DNA from: Heteronotia binoei
Lineage: Eukaryota
DNA: 64,000 bases
Direction: 5' to 3'
NCBI RefSeq assembly: GCF_032191835.1
Contig: NC_083229.1
Coordinates: 81,468,001 to 81,532,000 of the forward strand
The notes beneath the pieces are model-generated. The model worked only from the letters and a program-made list of their open reading frames with translations. It made no database searches and was not told where the DNA came from. Positions 12,872 to 24,944 of this stretch are shown piece after piece; position 1 is the first letter of the stretch, and the number at the start of each line of letters is the position of its first letter. The translations under genes were made by a program, and so were the position numbers.

Positions 12872-12950
12872 GATCTGAAGAAATGTGCATGAACATGAAA
12901 GTTTATACCCAGAATGAAACTTAAAGGTGTCATTGGACTCAAACTTTGTA
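12872..12950 (+). mobile_element. Penelope-like element terminal remnant with a decayed hammerhead-ribozyme core
   Basis: CTGAAGA (12875-12881), stem ATGT/ACAT, GAAA (12897-12900), then TTATACCCAGAAT..CTTAAAGGTGTCATTGGACTC, which resembles recalled reptile Penelope termini. Confidence 0.55.
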
Positions 12951-13229
12951 CTATGTTTAAATCATGTTTTACTCACTTTCTGGGACTAGGATCTTAGGTT
13001 GCATTAGCTGTGTTTCAAGGATCATTTGTCAGCCTTTTTGGAAAGTTGGCTGATTTTTCTTTGGTTGCAAAACATCCTTTATAACTTTGTCAGATAGAAT
13101 ATATATTTTTGGCAAATTAATTAAAGGTGTTTTACTGTTGGGGGTTTTTTTATAATTAATAATGCCATCAGAATTAATTTAAGTATTTTAGCTAATTAAT
13201 TTATAACGGAGATTGTGGGCTGGGTTTAA

Positions 13230-16200
13230 ATTTGGTTGGTTAACGTTTAGAATTGGCAGATTGGTAAATTAAGGGAATTGACTGGCAAGGACGGAGAGGA
13301 TCGGGGAGTTAATTGTAGGGTGTGAGTTGTGTTTTCCGCATTGGTTCCAGCTGAAGTAGAGACCAGTGGGAGATGACAGGCCTGGGGATTCCAGTACTCC
13401 TGGGGAGGGAAAGGTATGATGGTGGGAACAGACAACGATATACGGGAAGGAGACAGAGACAAGGTAGTGCTCGACCACCTTCCGCCACCGATCACCCATC
13501 CCGACGGTGACAGGTAGTGGGGCCAGGCTGAATTACTCACCTCCGTCATTGGTGCTATGCAATGCCAGGTCCATAAATAATAAGACCTCGGTCCTCTGAG
13601 AATTTCTGCTCGAGCAGGACATAGACCTGGCTCACGTGACTGAGACTTGGGTACAAGAGGGAGACATGGTGGCCCTCTCCCAAACGGTTCCCCCCGGGTT
13701 ACTCAGTCTTTCACCAATCACAGACTAGTAGGCGGAAGGGGGGGAGGGGTGGCTCTATTCATACAAGAGGCTTACTCCTTTAGGGCTCTTCCTGCCCCGG
13801 AGAGCAATGGTATTGAATGTGCCGGTCTGGCGTGGAACATTGGGGAGGGGTTGGTGATTTGGCTGGTGTACCATCCGCCTAACGCACCAGCCAGCACCTT
13901 ACCATCCCTGATCGAGGCCGTAGCAGGCTGGGCATTGGAGTATCCAAGGTTTGTGATCCTGAGCGACTTCAATGTCCATGCTGATGATGCGGCCTCCAGT
14001 CAGGCGATGAACCTAGTGTCATCCATGGCAACACTGGGACTCTCCCAAGTTATTACATCACCCATTCACCAGGCAGTACACATGTTAGATTTGATCCTTG
14101 CGGCCTTGTGGACAATATAACTGCAGAGGCTGTGCCATGGTTGGACCACTTTGCCCTTAAGGCTCATGTGGATGCTCCACTCCAAGCCCGTTTGGGTGGT
14201 GAGCTTATTATGGCTTGCCTTCAGAGTCTGATGGACCCTGAGCGGTTCCAAATGGCTCTAAGGGATCCCTGGCCCCCTGGCGATTCCCTCGATGATCTGG
14301 TTGAGTCCTGGCATGGCCGGCTCTCCAGAGTCATTGATGAGATCGCACCTCGACGCCCTCTGCACCCTCGTGTTAAGCTGGCCCCGTGGTATACCCTGGA
14401 GCTGTGACAATTGAAATGAGGACTCAGACGGTTAGAGAGGCAATGGTGGTATACTCGAGACGAAGCGACTAGGACATCTTATAGAGAGTTTATGAGGTCC
14501 TATGAGATAGCAATCAAAGCCACAAAGAAGACTTACTTTGTGGCCAAGATTGCATCTGCAAATTCGTGCCCGACGTAATTATTTAGGATGATTCAGAATC
14601 TTACAACACTGCCGCAAGGCAGGCTAAATGCTAAGGAATTAGAGACAGGCTGTGAGGCTTTTTCAAATTTTTTTTGTAGACAAAGTCACATCGCTCTGCC
14701 ACGACCTTCCCACCACATTGGATACAGTATGTGAACTCAAGGCCACATGCCTGTCTTCTGGTTCAGTCCTGGATCACTTCGACAAACTCAGCTTGGAGAA
14801 AGTTGACAGAATCCTCTCTACTGTACGCCCAACAACATGTGATCAGGACCCTTGCCCTTCCTTGCTAATTAAAGCTTGCTAGAGGGAGCTTAGGTGTCCT
14901 ATACGGGACATCGTAAATAGATCCCTCTCGGAGGGACTTTTTCCAATGCCTCTTAAAGAGACTGTGGTCTGCCCCCTCCTGAAAAAGGTTACATCAGATC
15001 TGACCGAACTGGCACATTACCAGTTGGTTTAAAATTTCCCCTTTTGGGGCAAAATTATTGAGAGGGAAGTAGCGTTACAATTGCAGAGTTTCCTGGATGA
15101 TGCTTCCATCCTAGATCCCCACTAGTCCAGCTTCCGCTCGGGCCATGGGACGGAGACAGTGCTGGTCGCCCTGAATCGCTGGATGATCTCCAGCGGCATT
15201 TGGATTGAGGCAGTTCGGCAGCGCTGATGTTGTTAGACCTATCGGCTGCATTCGATACGGTCGACCATCAGTTACTGACCTGCCGCCTCACTGACACGGG
15301 GATTCAGGGACTGGCCTTGCAATGGCTTTCCTCTTTCCTCGATGGTCGGGGACAAAGGGTGGTGATTGAGGGAGAACGGTCCCAGAGGCGTCCACTTAAT
15401 TGTGAGGTGCCTCAGGGGATGGTCCTCTCCCCAATGTTGTTCAACATCTACACGCGCCCCCTTGCCCAGAGGTATGGGCTGGATTGTCACCAGTATGCTG
15501 ATGACACCCAGCTCTATCTACTGATGGACGGCCAGCCTGGCGGTGTCCCAGAAAATCTGGACCTAGTGCTGCAAGCCGTGGCAGGTTGGCTCAGGCTGAG
15601 TAGGTTGAAGTTGAATCCAGCGAAGAGAGAGGTAATTTGCCTGAGCTGCGGCAGCCTGGGAAGGGAAACCCCCCCTACCAGTTTTTGATGGTGCACCATT
15701 GGAAACGGCGTGCAAGGTCAAGAGTTTGGGGGTGCTACTGGAGCCTTCCATGTCAATGGAGGCCCAGATAGCAGCCACTGCTAAATCCGCCTTTTTTTAT
15801 CTTAGGCGGGCGAGGCAGTTGACTCCCTTCCTGGAGTGTGACGACCTGGCAACAGTGATCTATGCAACAGTCACCTCGAGGTTAGACTACTGTAATGCCT
15901 TCTACATGGGGTTGCCCCTGTGCCAAACCCGGAAACTGCAGCTAGTGCAGAATGCAGCAGCCAGACTGTTATTGGGACTTCCTAAGTGGGAGCACATACA
16001 GCCAAGGCTACAGGGACTGCACTGGCTGCCAATTGTGTACTGGATTCGTTACAAGGTGGTGGTTATTACCTTTAAAGCCCTATATGGCTGAGAACCTGCC
16101 TACCTTAGGGACCGTCTTTCCCCATATGTTCCCCAGAGGGTACTGAGATCTGACTCGCAAAACCTATTGACAATCCCTGGGCCAAAGGGGCCAAACTGAA

Positions 16201-16615
16201 AGTTACGAGAGAAAGGGCCTTTTCGATCACAGCTCCCCACTGGTGGAACCAATTACCAGAAGAGGCGTGGGCCTTGAAGAGCCTTAACCAGTTCCACAGG
16301 GCCTGCAAGACTACCCTCTTTCAGCTGGCTTTTTCTTAATGTGGAATTTATTGTACTGTCGTCACATAAAATTGTGTAAAGATGAGTAACATCGAGATCG
16401 TAGCACAGAATTAATTTTTTTGTTTTAAATTTGATGGTTTTAATTAGATGGTTTTAATGTAACAGTACATTTAATTGAGTAATATATAATTGCTATGTAA
16501 TTAGTGTATTTTTATTATTGTATTATTGTAATGTCTGCATTTTATGCCATGTAAGCCGCCCTGAGTCTGCTTCGGCGGGGAGGGCAGGATATAAATTAAA
16601 ATTTATTATTATTAT
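13230..16615 (+). mobile_element. L2 LINE with near-complete but disrupted ORF2 (APE endonuclease + RT) and 3' tail
   Basis: LCNARSINNK, VTETW, GGGVAL, YHPP, DFNVH, HMLDLI (EN); LDLSAAFDTVDH, VPQG.VLSP, HQYADDTQLY, LKLNP, SRLDYCN, LHWLP (RT). Tail GTAAGCCGCCCTGAGTC..GGGAGGGCAGGATATAAAT(TTA)n. 5' boundary approximate. Confidence 0.95.
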
Positions 16616-17269
16616 TAAATTATTTATTAAAACATTTAGATCTTTGCTTTTCTCTTAGTTCGAGACTTACAATAATAGTTTAAAACATCCCCAGCTACAA
16701 CCAAGTCATATTGCAGTGATGTAAGTGCCATCTCCAGTCTACAGTTTTACTACCACATCTATTGTTAGTGAAAATTAGACCTTAATCTCAGAACTAAATA
16801 ATTTAAGCCACATACCATGGAACTGTGTCTGCTTGTGTTTGGATCAAATCATGCAGGTTGAACCTCACATGACTGAATGCTGCTCCATATACAGACAGAA
16901 AACTAGCCTTCTAGCCTTTCTCCTAACCTCTGTGTCTCTGTGTGTGTGTGTGTGTGTGTTTAGAGAAGTATGTGTGAAACCCACCTATAGTTTGAAGATG
17001 TATAGTCTAGAGACAGGCTGGCAATCAATGTCAGTCAGGTCTAGGACAGGGCGAAGGACTATTTTCTGTTTGAGTGATAATGATTCTTGTGACCTGCACT
17101 TTTAGGACAATTTTTATTTACAAGCTATTGTACCTTTTTCCCAAGACTGCCCTGAGAGGGCAAAGTTTACCTTTTATACACTGCCAGCAGCTAAATCAAC
17201 ATGCTAATCTACTGACTCTTTCAATTAGATACTTGGAACATTAATTTTCATCATAAGAAAACGTTAGAA

Positions 17270-17421
17270 TTTACTGATTAGCCTTTGGCCAGTTACACAC
17301 TCTCAGCATAAGCTACCTCACAGGGTTGTTGTGAGGACAGAATGGAGAAGAACAATGTAAGCTGCTTTTGGGTTCTCATTAGAGAGGAAGGCAGAGTATA
17401 AATTAATTAATACATAAATAA
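17270..17421 (+). mobile_element. MIR/Squam3-type SINE 3' part
   Basis: CTACCTCACAGGGTTGTTGTGAGGA core and an L2-like tail ending in TAAATAAA. Confidence 0.7.
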
Positions 17422-17469
17422 AATGGTTGCTACCAGCCACTTTTTAAATCTAAGACCATCTTTCCATAT

Positions 17470-17950
17470 ATGTCTAGGAGATCGTTACGTTCAGCCTCCC
17501 AACATCTGTTGGCCGTCCCTGGCCCAAGAGACGCCTGCCTCGCCTCAACTAGGGCCAGGGCTTTTTCAGTCCCAGCCCCAGCCTGGTGGAATCAGCTCCC
17601 TATTGTGATCTGGGCCCTACCTGGCTTGTTAGCCTTCTGTAGGGCCTGCAAAACAGAGCTGTTCCGCTTTTAGCTGAGGCTGTGGACGTCTATTCTTGAT
17701 TTGGTTGGCCTCACCGGCCAGCACTGTCATCTGTGCTAGGAATTGGGGGAAAAAACCTGCCATCCCTATGAGAGATCATGATGTGAGATGGCTAGGCTGG
17801 ACAATATGTGATGTCATAGTAATCTGAGTGCTGTTGAGTTGTCTGTTTTAAAATGTTTTTATTGTATTTTATTTTTATTATATGTTGTACTCCGCCCTGA
17901 ACCTTACGGGGAATGGGCGGAATAGAAATTTACTGAAATAAAATAAATAA
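17470..17950 (+). mobile_element. L2 LINE 3' fragment
   Basis: RAFSVPAPAWWNQLP..FCRACKTELF, then an L2 tail with (AATA)n. Confidence 0.85.
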
Positions 17951-20900
17951 AAGAAGAAGAAATTCTGCAGTGTTAATCAATTGTCACTTGTGGAGTTGCA
18001 GAATTCACATAGTCTAATCTGATACATCGTTAGTAATAATTAGATTCAGCAGTATGTTCAGTGAGGCTTATTACTAAATAAGTGTTCATAGAATTGCAGC
18101 CTTAGATTTTTAAAGAAGGGTTAATCTGTTTAGGATAATTATCTGGGCCCACTGAGGGTGCTTCTGTAGGAGGTGCTTGACAGGTTTGTATGGGAAAGGG
18201 GTACGATAGCCTGATCACAGTTTGATCCTTTATGGAAGCATTATGCTCAGAAACCCTTTCAAGAGTGGCAAAATGTGTTCTCTTGGAGATGTGTCAGTCA
18301 GCATGTCCCCCTACGGGGGAATGGGCAGAATATAAATAAAAATAATAAAAATTTAACAACAACAATAATAATTTCTGCATTTTGCCCTAACTAAGCTTTT
18401 TAGACAGTCTTCCTGGGGCGCCACACACTGTTCAGAGCATGGGTGGTCAGATGTTGCTTATCCAAGAAGTTATAAAATAATGAAACATGAATTGACTCTG
18501 TTTTTCTTTAAAACCCTATGTTAAATCTGTTTGAATACATAAATTTTTCACACTGGTGGCTTTTGTATTGTAACTTTTTTGAAGTATAACTTTTGGATTA
18601 AAAATGCATGTATAGTGACATCTAGTGATAGTCAACCACATTGCACAAACAATTCATACAGGATTTGTCTTAGTAGAAAGCAACAGTTGCTATTGTAGAT
18701 GAATGTAGGCCACTTTACTAATAATTTTTCTATTAAAATTCTAAAACTCTACAATATATTTAATACAATAGAAGACATATCAGATGAGTAATGAAAGCAG
18801 GCATGGAACACTGAGATTTTATCAGTCAACTCACAACTTTGCTAATGATGCTTCACACATATGCCCTATACAAGGATAAGTGTACAGGCAGATACACATA
18901 ATCCCATGCATACACTTTGTTATAAAAGCCAACACAAATATTCTGCCACATGTACAAGCATCAGCAAGCTCTGGATGGTGGCATGTCACTAAATCATATA
19001 CAAATGGTGACGATAACATCCATTAATGGCACACTATGGCATATAACCAGCATATGCAACAAATTCTGGACATGTTATCACTCTGCTGTTTATCCCTGTT
19101 CCACTTGGAAGAGATATCAGCAGTGCAATCCTATGTAGTTACTCCAGTCTAAATCCATTGATTTCACATCCTTGCACTCATTGTTACACAAGGGTTAGCT
19201 GGAAGCTCTGGCAGTGGGGTGGGGGAAATGGGTCATAAATTGTCGTGTTGGGGATTGCAGGCTTGTGTATGGCTATTAAAAGACAATAAACACACAGGTA
19301 TTTCTTCCGCAATTAGGGCTGGTGTGGTTTAGCACAATGGTTCCCAATAGTTTTGGTACAGTGATCCATCTAGAGCTGGCTGATGTTTTTTGGCACCTTA
19401 GGGCAAACTATGACCTTGGCACCCATCATTTCCAGCATTCCATTTTCTATAGTGCCCGACCAGATGTCTTCTGAGAAAACAACAAACATTACACAAAGGG
19501 TGCAGGACTAGTGAAAACATAACCCATCTGTACCTTAGCACAGATGTAGCAGACCTCTGGGCCAACCTAAATGTGAATGGGAAATCCACATTTATTAATG
19601 AGTAAAGTTATCGCAAATGGGGGGTTTCCTCCACCTCTGGTGGGGGTCTGGCAACCTTAGTGGGGGTGGCCTCTTGTTTTTATGTAAAAGTAGTATGCTG
19701 GCACAGGAAGTTATAAGTAAACTTATAACAATATAACTGGATGGCACTGTAGCCCAGGGTAGTTAGCAAAGATAGTTCCAGGACTGGGGGACAAACCTAA
19801 ATAATCTTATTTATTTATTTATTTATTTATTACTTTCCATTTATATCCCGCCCTTTCCGCAAGCGGACTCAGGGCGGCTTACAACATCTTTCAGGATTTT
19901 CAAAAGAAGAGTAGCATAATTATAACTGGGAATGCTTGAAAAATTGTTTTCATTCAGAATATGAGACAGAAAACACCGTTAAATCCTGTTGATTTCAAGG
20001 GAAGAATCAAGCACCCAGATAAAGCTATCTGATCCAATTCAATAATAAAAAGAGTGTTGTGGAAGCATTCCTAAGCATGTCTACTGAGAAACAAGTCCCA
20101 TGTTATTCAGTGGGGCTTAGTGTCCTTAGGACTGCAGCCTTGTGGCACCTTAATGATCAAAGTGCAATCCTAAACAGAGTAATACCATTCCAGATCCACT
20201 GATTCAATTGACCGAGAATTGTGTAACCCTGCTTTGGGTGGCAGTGTAGCATACTTATCTAAAGCTAGATCATTCCTTTCAGTCTTTTTTATTCAGCCCC
20301 AAACCATTAATTTTCCGTTCCTTAATAAGAAATAACTTTCTTTTGAAAAATAAAAGTTAAGCAGAACTTAAACGTCTCTCTTAAGTTACAAAGGTTTTAA
20401 AAATATTTAGTATTCATTTTTCACCACGAAAAGCCCTTCACATTAATTTCTTTTGGCTGACCCAACCTGATCTCTTGTTCTTTCTGCTGCTCTTGAAATG
20501 GCTGCACTCTGTTCAGCCTGGAAAAAAAAATTACAACCATAGAAAGTTTGTTCTTCAAGGTTTTTTTTTTTAAAAGCTAAAGTACTTATTTTAAAAATAG
20601 AAATACAACTTTCTCAGTAAGTGTGACATCAGTTCAAGTATGTTGATGCAGTTTCCAAAGCAATAAGAAATTCCTTAGGTCACATTTCAGAGAGGTCAGC
20701 CAAATCCAGGATCAGTTTTTTAAAGAAATCCCTGCTTCATATTATACATTCTAGAATTAGAACTCTCTGCATTCTTATACAGAAACAGAGGGTTTTTTTG
20801 TTCATAACTATATTAAAGTTTGAACCTTGCTTTGATGATGGAGCTGATGAACACATGAACAGATGAAGTTCCTTTTCCTAACCCTGCTACCACAGATTCT

Positions 20901-21078
20901 TTAGTGAAGTTCCTAGCTACTAGTTGTACTGGGATATTATGCACACAAAAGCATGTGCTCTGCCATTGAACTGTAGGATCTCTGTATTTTAGTAAAGTTT
21001 GGAAGCAGTGTACAGCTGCCAGAATGAGTATTTAAAGCCAGTAGCATGCCTGACAGCTACATATTGAGCAGTTATACT

Positions 21079-21266
21079 CGGGGCTTTTTTTGAGCAGGAA
21101 CACACAGGAAAGCAAGTTCTGGCTATGGCCTAATATGCAAATGAGTTCATGCCAGGCTTTTTCTACAAAAAAGCTCAAAGTGAAACAATGGTAACATCAG
21201 TGGTGTGGTCTAATATGCAAATAAGTTCTTGCTGGGCCTTTTCAAAAAAAAAAAAAAAAAGCCCTG
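21079..21266. mobile_element. hAT-type MITE with two internal octamer motifs
   Basis: TIRs CGGGGCTTTTTTT / AAAAAAAGCCCTG. Perfect 8-bp TSD GTTATACT at 21071-21078 and 21267-21274. ATGCAAAT at 21135-21142 and 21215-21222. Confidence 0.9.
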
Positions 21267-22652
21267 GTTATACTCTTATAAACTCCATTGGTTTCACTAT
21301 CAGTCACCTAACCACCTAACCTTATGACCAAGCTGAGATTTACACACAGGAATCTTGGAAGCAAAACAGTGCACTAGCTTCATTAGCAGGCTAAAGAGCA
21401 GCAAGGAAGTAGCATTAGCGTGTCTTTCAGGAGTCATATTTCTCCTCAGCAAAAGAACCATCAGAGGATAATTTTTAACAGCAAACAAAAAAAAGTTCTG
21501 TATCAGGAAACAAATACTATATCATAAATGCTTTTCAAATGTCACAACGCTGTAGGATAGTTTGACAAAGGCAGAGTCTTATATCACCACCTGGTAAGTG
21601 TAGATGCCAGAAGACTATTGTGCAACTTGGAAATCTGCTACAGTCTCTTCAAACAGGGCTCGGACCCATAGAATTTATAATTTAACCTGTGCATTTATTT
21701 CTCTAGAATTAACATTGCAACAGCTTCTCAGTCAGTGGCATCTGAGGGTCACTTCTCTTGATCAGTACTTTTTTGTGAACAAGCATGTTAATGGAAAACA
21801 AGTATGTGTGGCCAGGGTTGGATTGTATGACTACTGAACTGTTTTGAGGGTACAGACATGTTCCAGAAATCAGTCTCTTCTACCATCCTGTTGTGGCTGC
21901 TTCAGTGCAGCTAATTATTGCTTTAGCAGAGTGGATTAGACTGGCAAATGTCAGATTGTGATAGCAGTTCAAAGTTTCATTAGGGATGGATAATATGCAG
22001 TTTGTGGCTAGCCGCCAAACACTGTACTCAAGGGCAGCCTTTCAGCATTATAATCCAGTTTAGGAAAACCATGCTAGTGGCAGACCTGAAATTGGTTAAT
22101 TATCCTGAGGCTGTTGGAAAGTCTTTAAAGAACTCACGATCACCCAGGAGCTAAAGAGGTAATGATGAGAATACTACTCACTCGCTTTGATTTCTGCCTT
22201 AATGAGTTATAAGAAGTTTTGTTTTGCAAATCTGGTAGGTGGGTAGTGATTTTGATTTTGTTTTTACATATGTGTTTCTACATCATTCATGCAATATAAA
22301 TTGTTACTGCAAACCAGTTTTGAGTTCTATTCTCAAGTCTCTGGAGTGAATTGTCAATGGAGGTACATAGGATTTCTTTTCTTTTATGCCTAGTATGTAG
22401 AGAAAAGAAGGTTAATTAATATTTCCATAAACAAACACACAAAAAGAACATTCAGGAAAGCTGGTGAAGGAGTTGTTTTCTCAATAGACGTTCTCCCAGT
22501 TAGGAATAGTGCTATTATATGACAGCTGAAATATTTCTGTGCTTACTTCTCAACTTGTGAGAGAGGAATAATTAACAGTGCAATCCTAAACAGAGTCACA
22601 CCATTCTGAGCCAGTTGACTTCAATGTATTTATAAGCATTTAAATCTGCTTA

Positions 22653-23371
22653 ATGGCAGAAAGTGAGGAGGACCTAAAAAACCTCTTGTTGAGGGTGAAA
22701 GAGGAGAGCACAAGAGTAGGCTTGAAACTCAACATCAAAAAAACTAAGATCATGGCATCTGGCCCCATCACATCTTGGCAAATAGAAGGGGAAGACGTGG
22801 AAGTAGTGACAGACTTCACATTTCTGGGATCCAAGATCTCTGCAGATGGTGACTGTAGTCATGAAATTAAAAGATGTTTGCTCATTGGGAGGACAGCTGG
22901 TGAACCCGGGCAGTATAATAAAAAGTAGAGACATCACCCTGCCAACAAAAGTCCGTATAATCATAGTAATGTATGGCTGTGAGAGCTGGACCATAAGGAA
23001 GGCCAAGCGCAGAAGAATAGATGCTTTTGAGATGTGGTGCTGGAGAAGAATCTCGAGAGTTCCTTGGACTGCAAGAAGATCAAATCAGTCACTCCTGAGG
23101 TCAAATCAACCCATATTGTTCCCTGGAAGGGCAGATGCTGAAGCTGAAACTCAGATACTTTGGCCACCAAATGAGAAGGGAGCACTCACTGTAGAAGATC
23201 CTGATGCTGGGAAAGACAGAAGGCAAAAGATGAGATGGCTGGACAGTGTTAATGATGTAACAAACACAAATTTGAGCAGACTTCGGAGGATGTTGGAAGA
23301 CAGGAGGGCCTGGTGTGACTTTGTCCATGCGGTCACAAAGAGTCGGACTCGATTGCGCGACTGAACAACAA
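22653..23371 (+). mobile_element. RTE-BovB LINE, 5'-truncated 3' end
   Basis: MAESEEDLKNLLLRVKEES..GLKLNIKKTKIMASGPI; YGCESWTI; DAFEMWCWRR; tail GTCACAAAGAGTCGGAC..GACTGAACAAC. TSD AAATCTG(C/T)TTA at 22642-22652 and 23372-23382. Confidence 0.95.
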
Positions 23372-24400
23372 AAATCTGTTTAGAATTCCACTGATAGCCT
23401 CCTTGAGCTTTCTAGGGTGGAGTCAGCCAGTTTTCAGGTGCAAATGGGAGACGTGCAACACAGGAAGAGGATGAAAGGTCTGTTCTGTGCGAGATGCTTT
23501 GCTCAAAGTTCTTTCTTAGAATCTAATCCAGTTTACTTCTGAATGTGTGCTGCCTGAGGAACAAACACCAGTACGAGGCTGCTCGCTTTAGGTTCAGCTT
23601 GTGAATTTCCTGGAAGCGTCCCGCTTGCAAATGTTGCAAACAGATACTGGAATAGACAGTCCTTTGTTCTGAGCCAGCAGAGCTCTGTAATGGTAGAATT
23701 TTTAATTTTGAAGCATTTTTTTCCTTGAAATTATATGCTGATAATAATCAACAATCTTATGAACCCTGTTATGTAAGTCAAGCCAAACATCCTATCCTCT
23801 AGGATACATTCAGCCTATGTATAAAGCAAATTAAAGACCTACTTACTAGAAAATTAATATATGGAAAGTCACAGTGCATGCCTGATTCCTTTACACATGG
23901 CGGAAGTAATTTGGTGCCCTCTGCAGGGCAGCAGAAAATTAGAGGAAATCTCTGGGGTGCTCGCAGCCAGTAAAAATACAGGAATCTATATAGTATATCC
24001 TGAAGGATTTAGAGTTAAGGTGGGTGATTGTGTTCAGTACAGGAATTTTGCCTTTGCAGGACAGGGACAGGAAGATAACAAGGTTTAAATCTGAAATGTA
24101 TCATTTCATACTGTTACATTTTACATTTTCAGAAGTCTTGTTCAGCTTTGGTAGCTGAGCAGTTTCGTCTCTCGTCCCCCCTTCCCCCCCTTCATAAGCT
24201 AACTGTTGTTCTTCACATTCATTCCTGCACTCAGAAGAGAGCTTCACAAATGGAATGGCATTGCTTTTGCATGTCAGTGCTCTGATACAATGCAGCTTGT
24301 CACTTTGATATACTCATGCAAATAGGCATCTCTTGCATTGAGACAGTATGAGACAATACTCCACATGGTTATGCAGGATATTTATGGCCCTGAAGTGGAC

Positions 24401-24944
24401 TGTCACGTTCTCAAGGTGCAGGCAAGCAAGAGTCCAAAGCCAGTCCAAGGTCAAAGTCCAGGAAGTCAAGCAGGAGCCAAGTCACCAATGCAGAATCACA
24501 AACCGGAATCAGAAGTCAATGTCCAAAAGCCAAAAGGTCATGGTGCCAAGGAAATCAAGCAGGTCAGGATCAGGAAGGAGCATGGATGCAAGCCAGATAA
24601 TAGACCTGTTGCTTCTACAAGGTTACCAGGTCCTGGGTGAGAGCTATATGGGAGTCTCAATCAGCCTACTCCCTGGGTGGCAGTGACTCTGCTAAAACTC
24701 AGGGCTGAGAGATCTGAAGCATCGGCATGCCTCATGTCTTCGCTCTGAAAGTTCTTTCCGGAGCCTGCTTAGAACTCTTGAGATGGTAGGAGGAGAGCTT
24801 GGAGGAGATTGATCTTCAACAGCTGACACTGGTGCCTGGAGAGTGATTGATGGGTCAGCTGCTGTTTGTTCAGCTGAGGAACTGGCTGGCAACTCTTCCA
24901 GGTCTGTTAACCCTTCCAGCTCCTCCTTGTCAGGGCTCATGACA
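24401..24944. mobile_element. Probable solo LTR (Gypsy-like), 544 bp
   Basis: TG...CA termini with short inverted ends TGTCACG / CATGACA, internal GTCCAAAG/GTCAAG-type repeats, composition distinct from the flanks. TSD poor (TGGAC vs AGGAA). Confidence 0.6.

Noticed and set aside
24338-24940. ORFs of 100, 112 and 82 aa
   Set aside because: They lie within the repeat-rich putative LTR and have no protein motifs.
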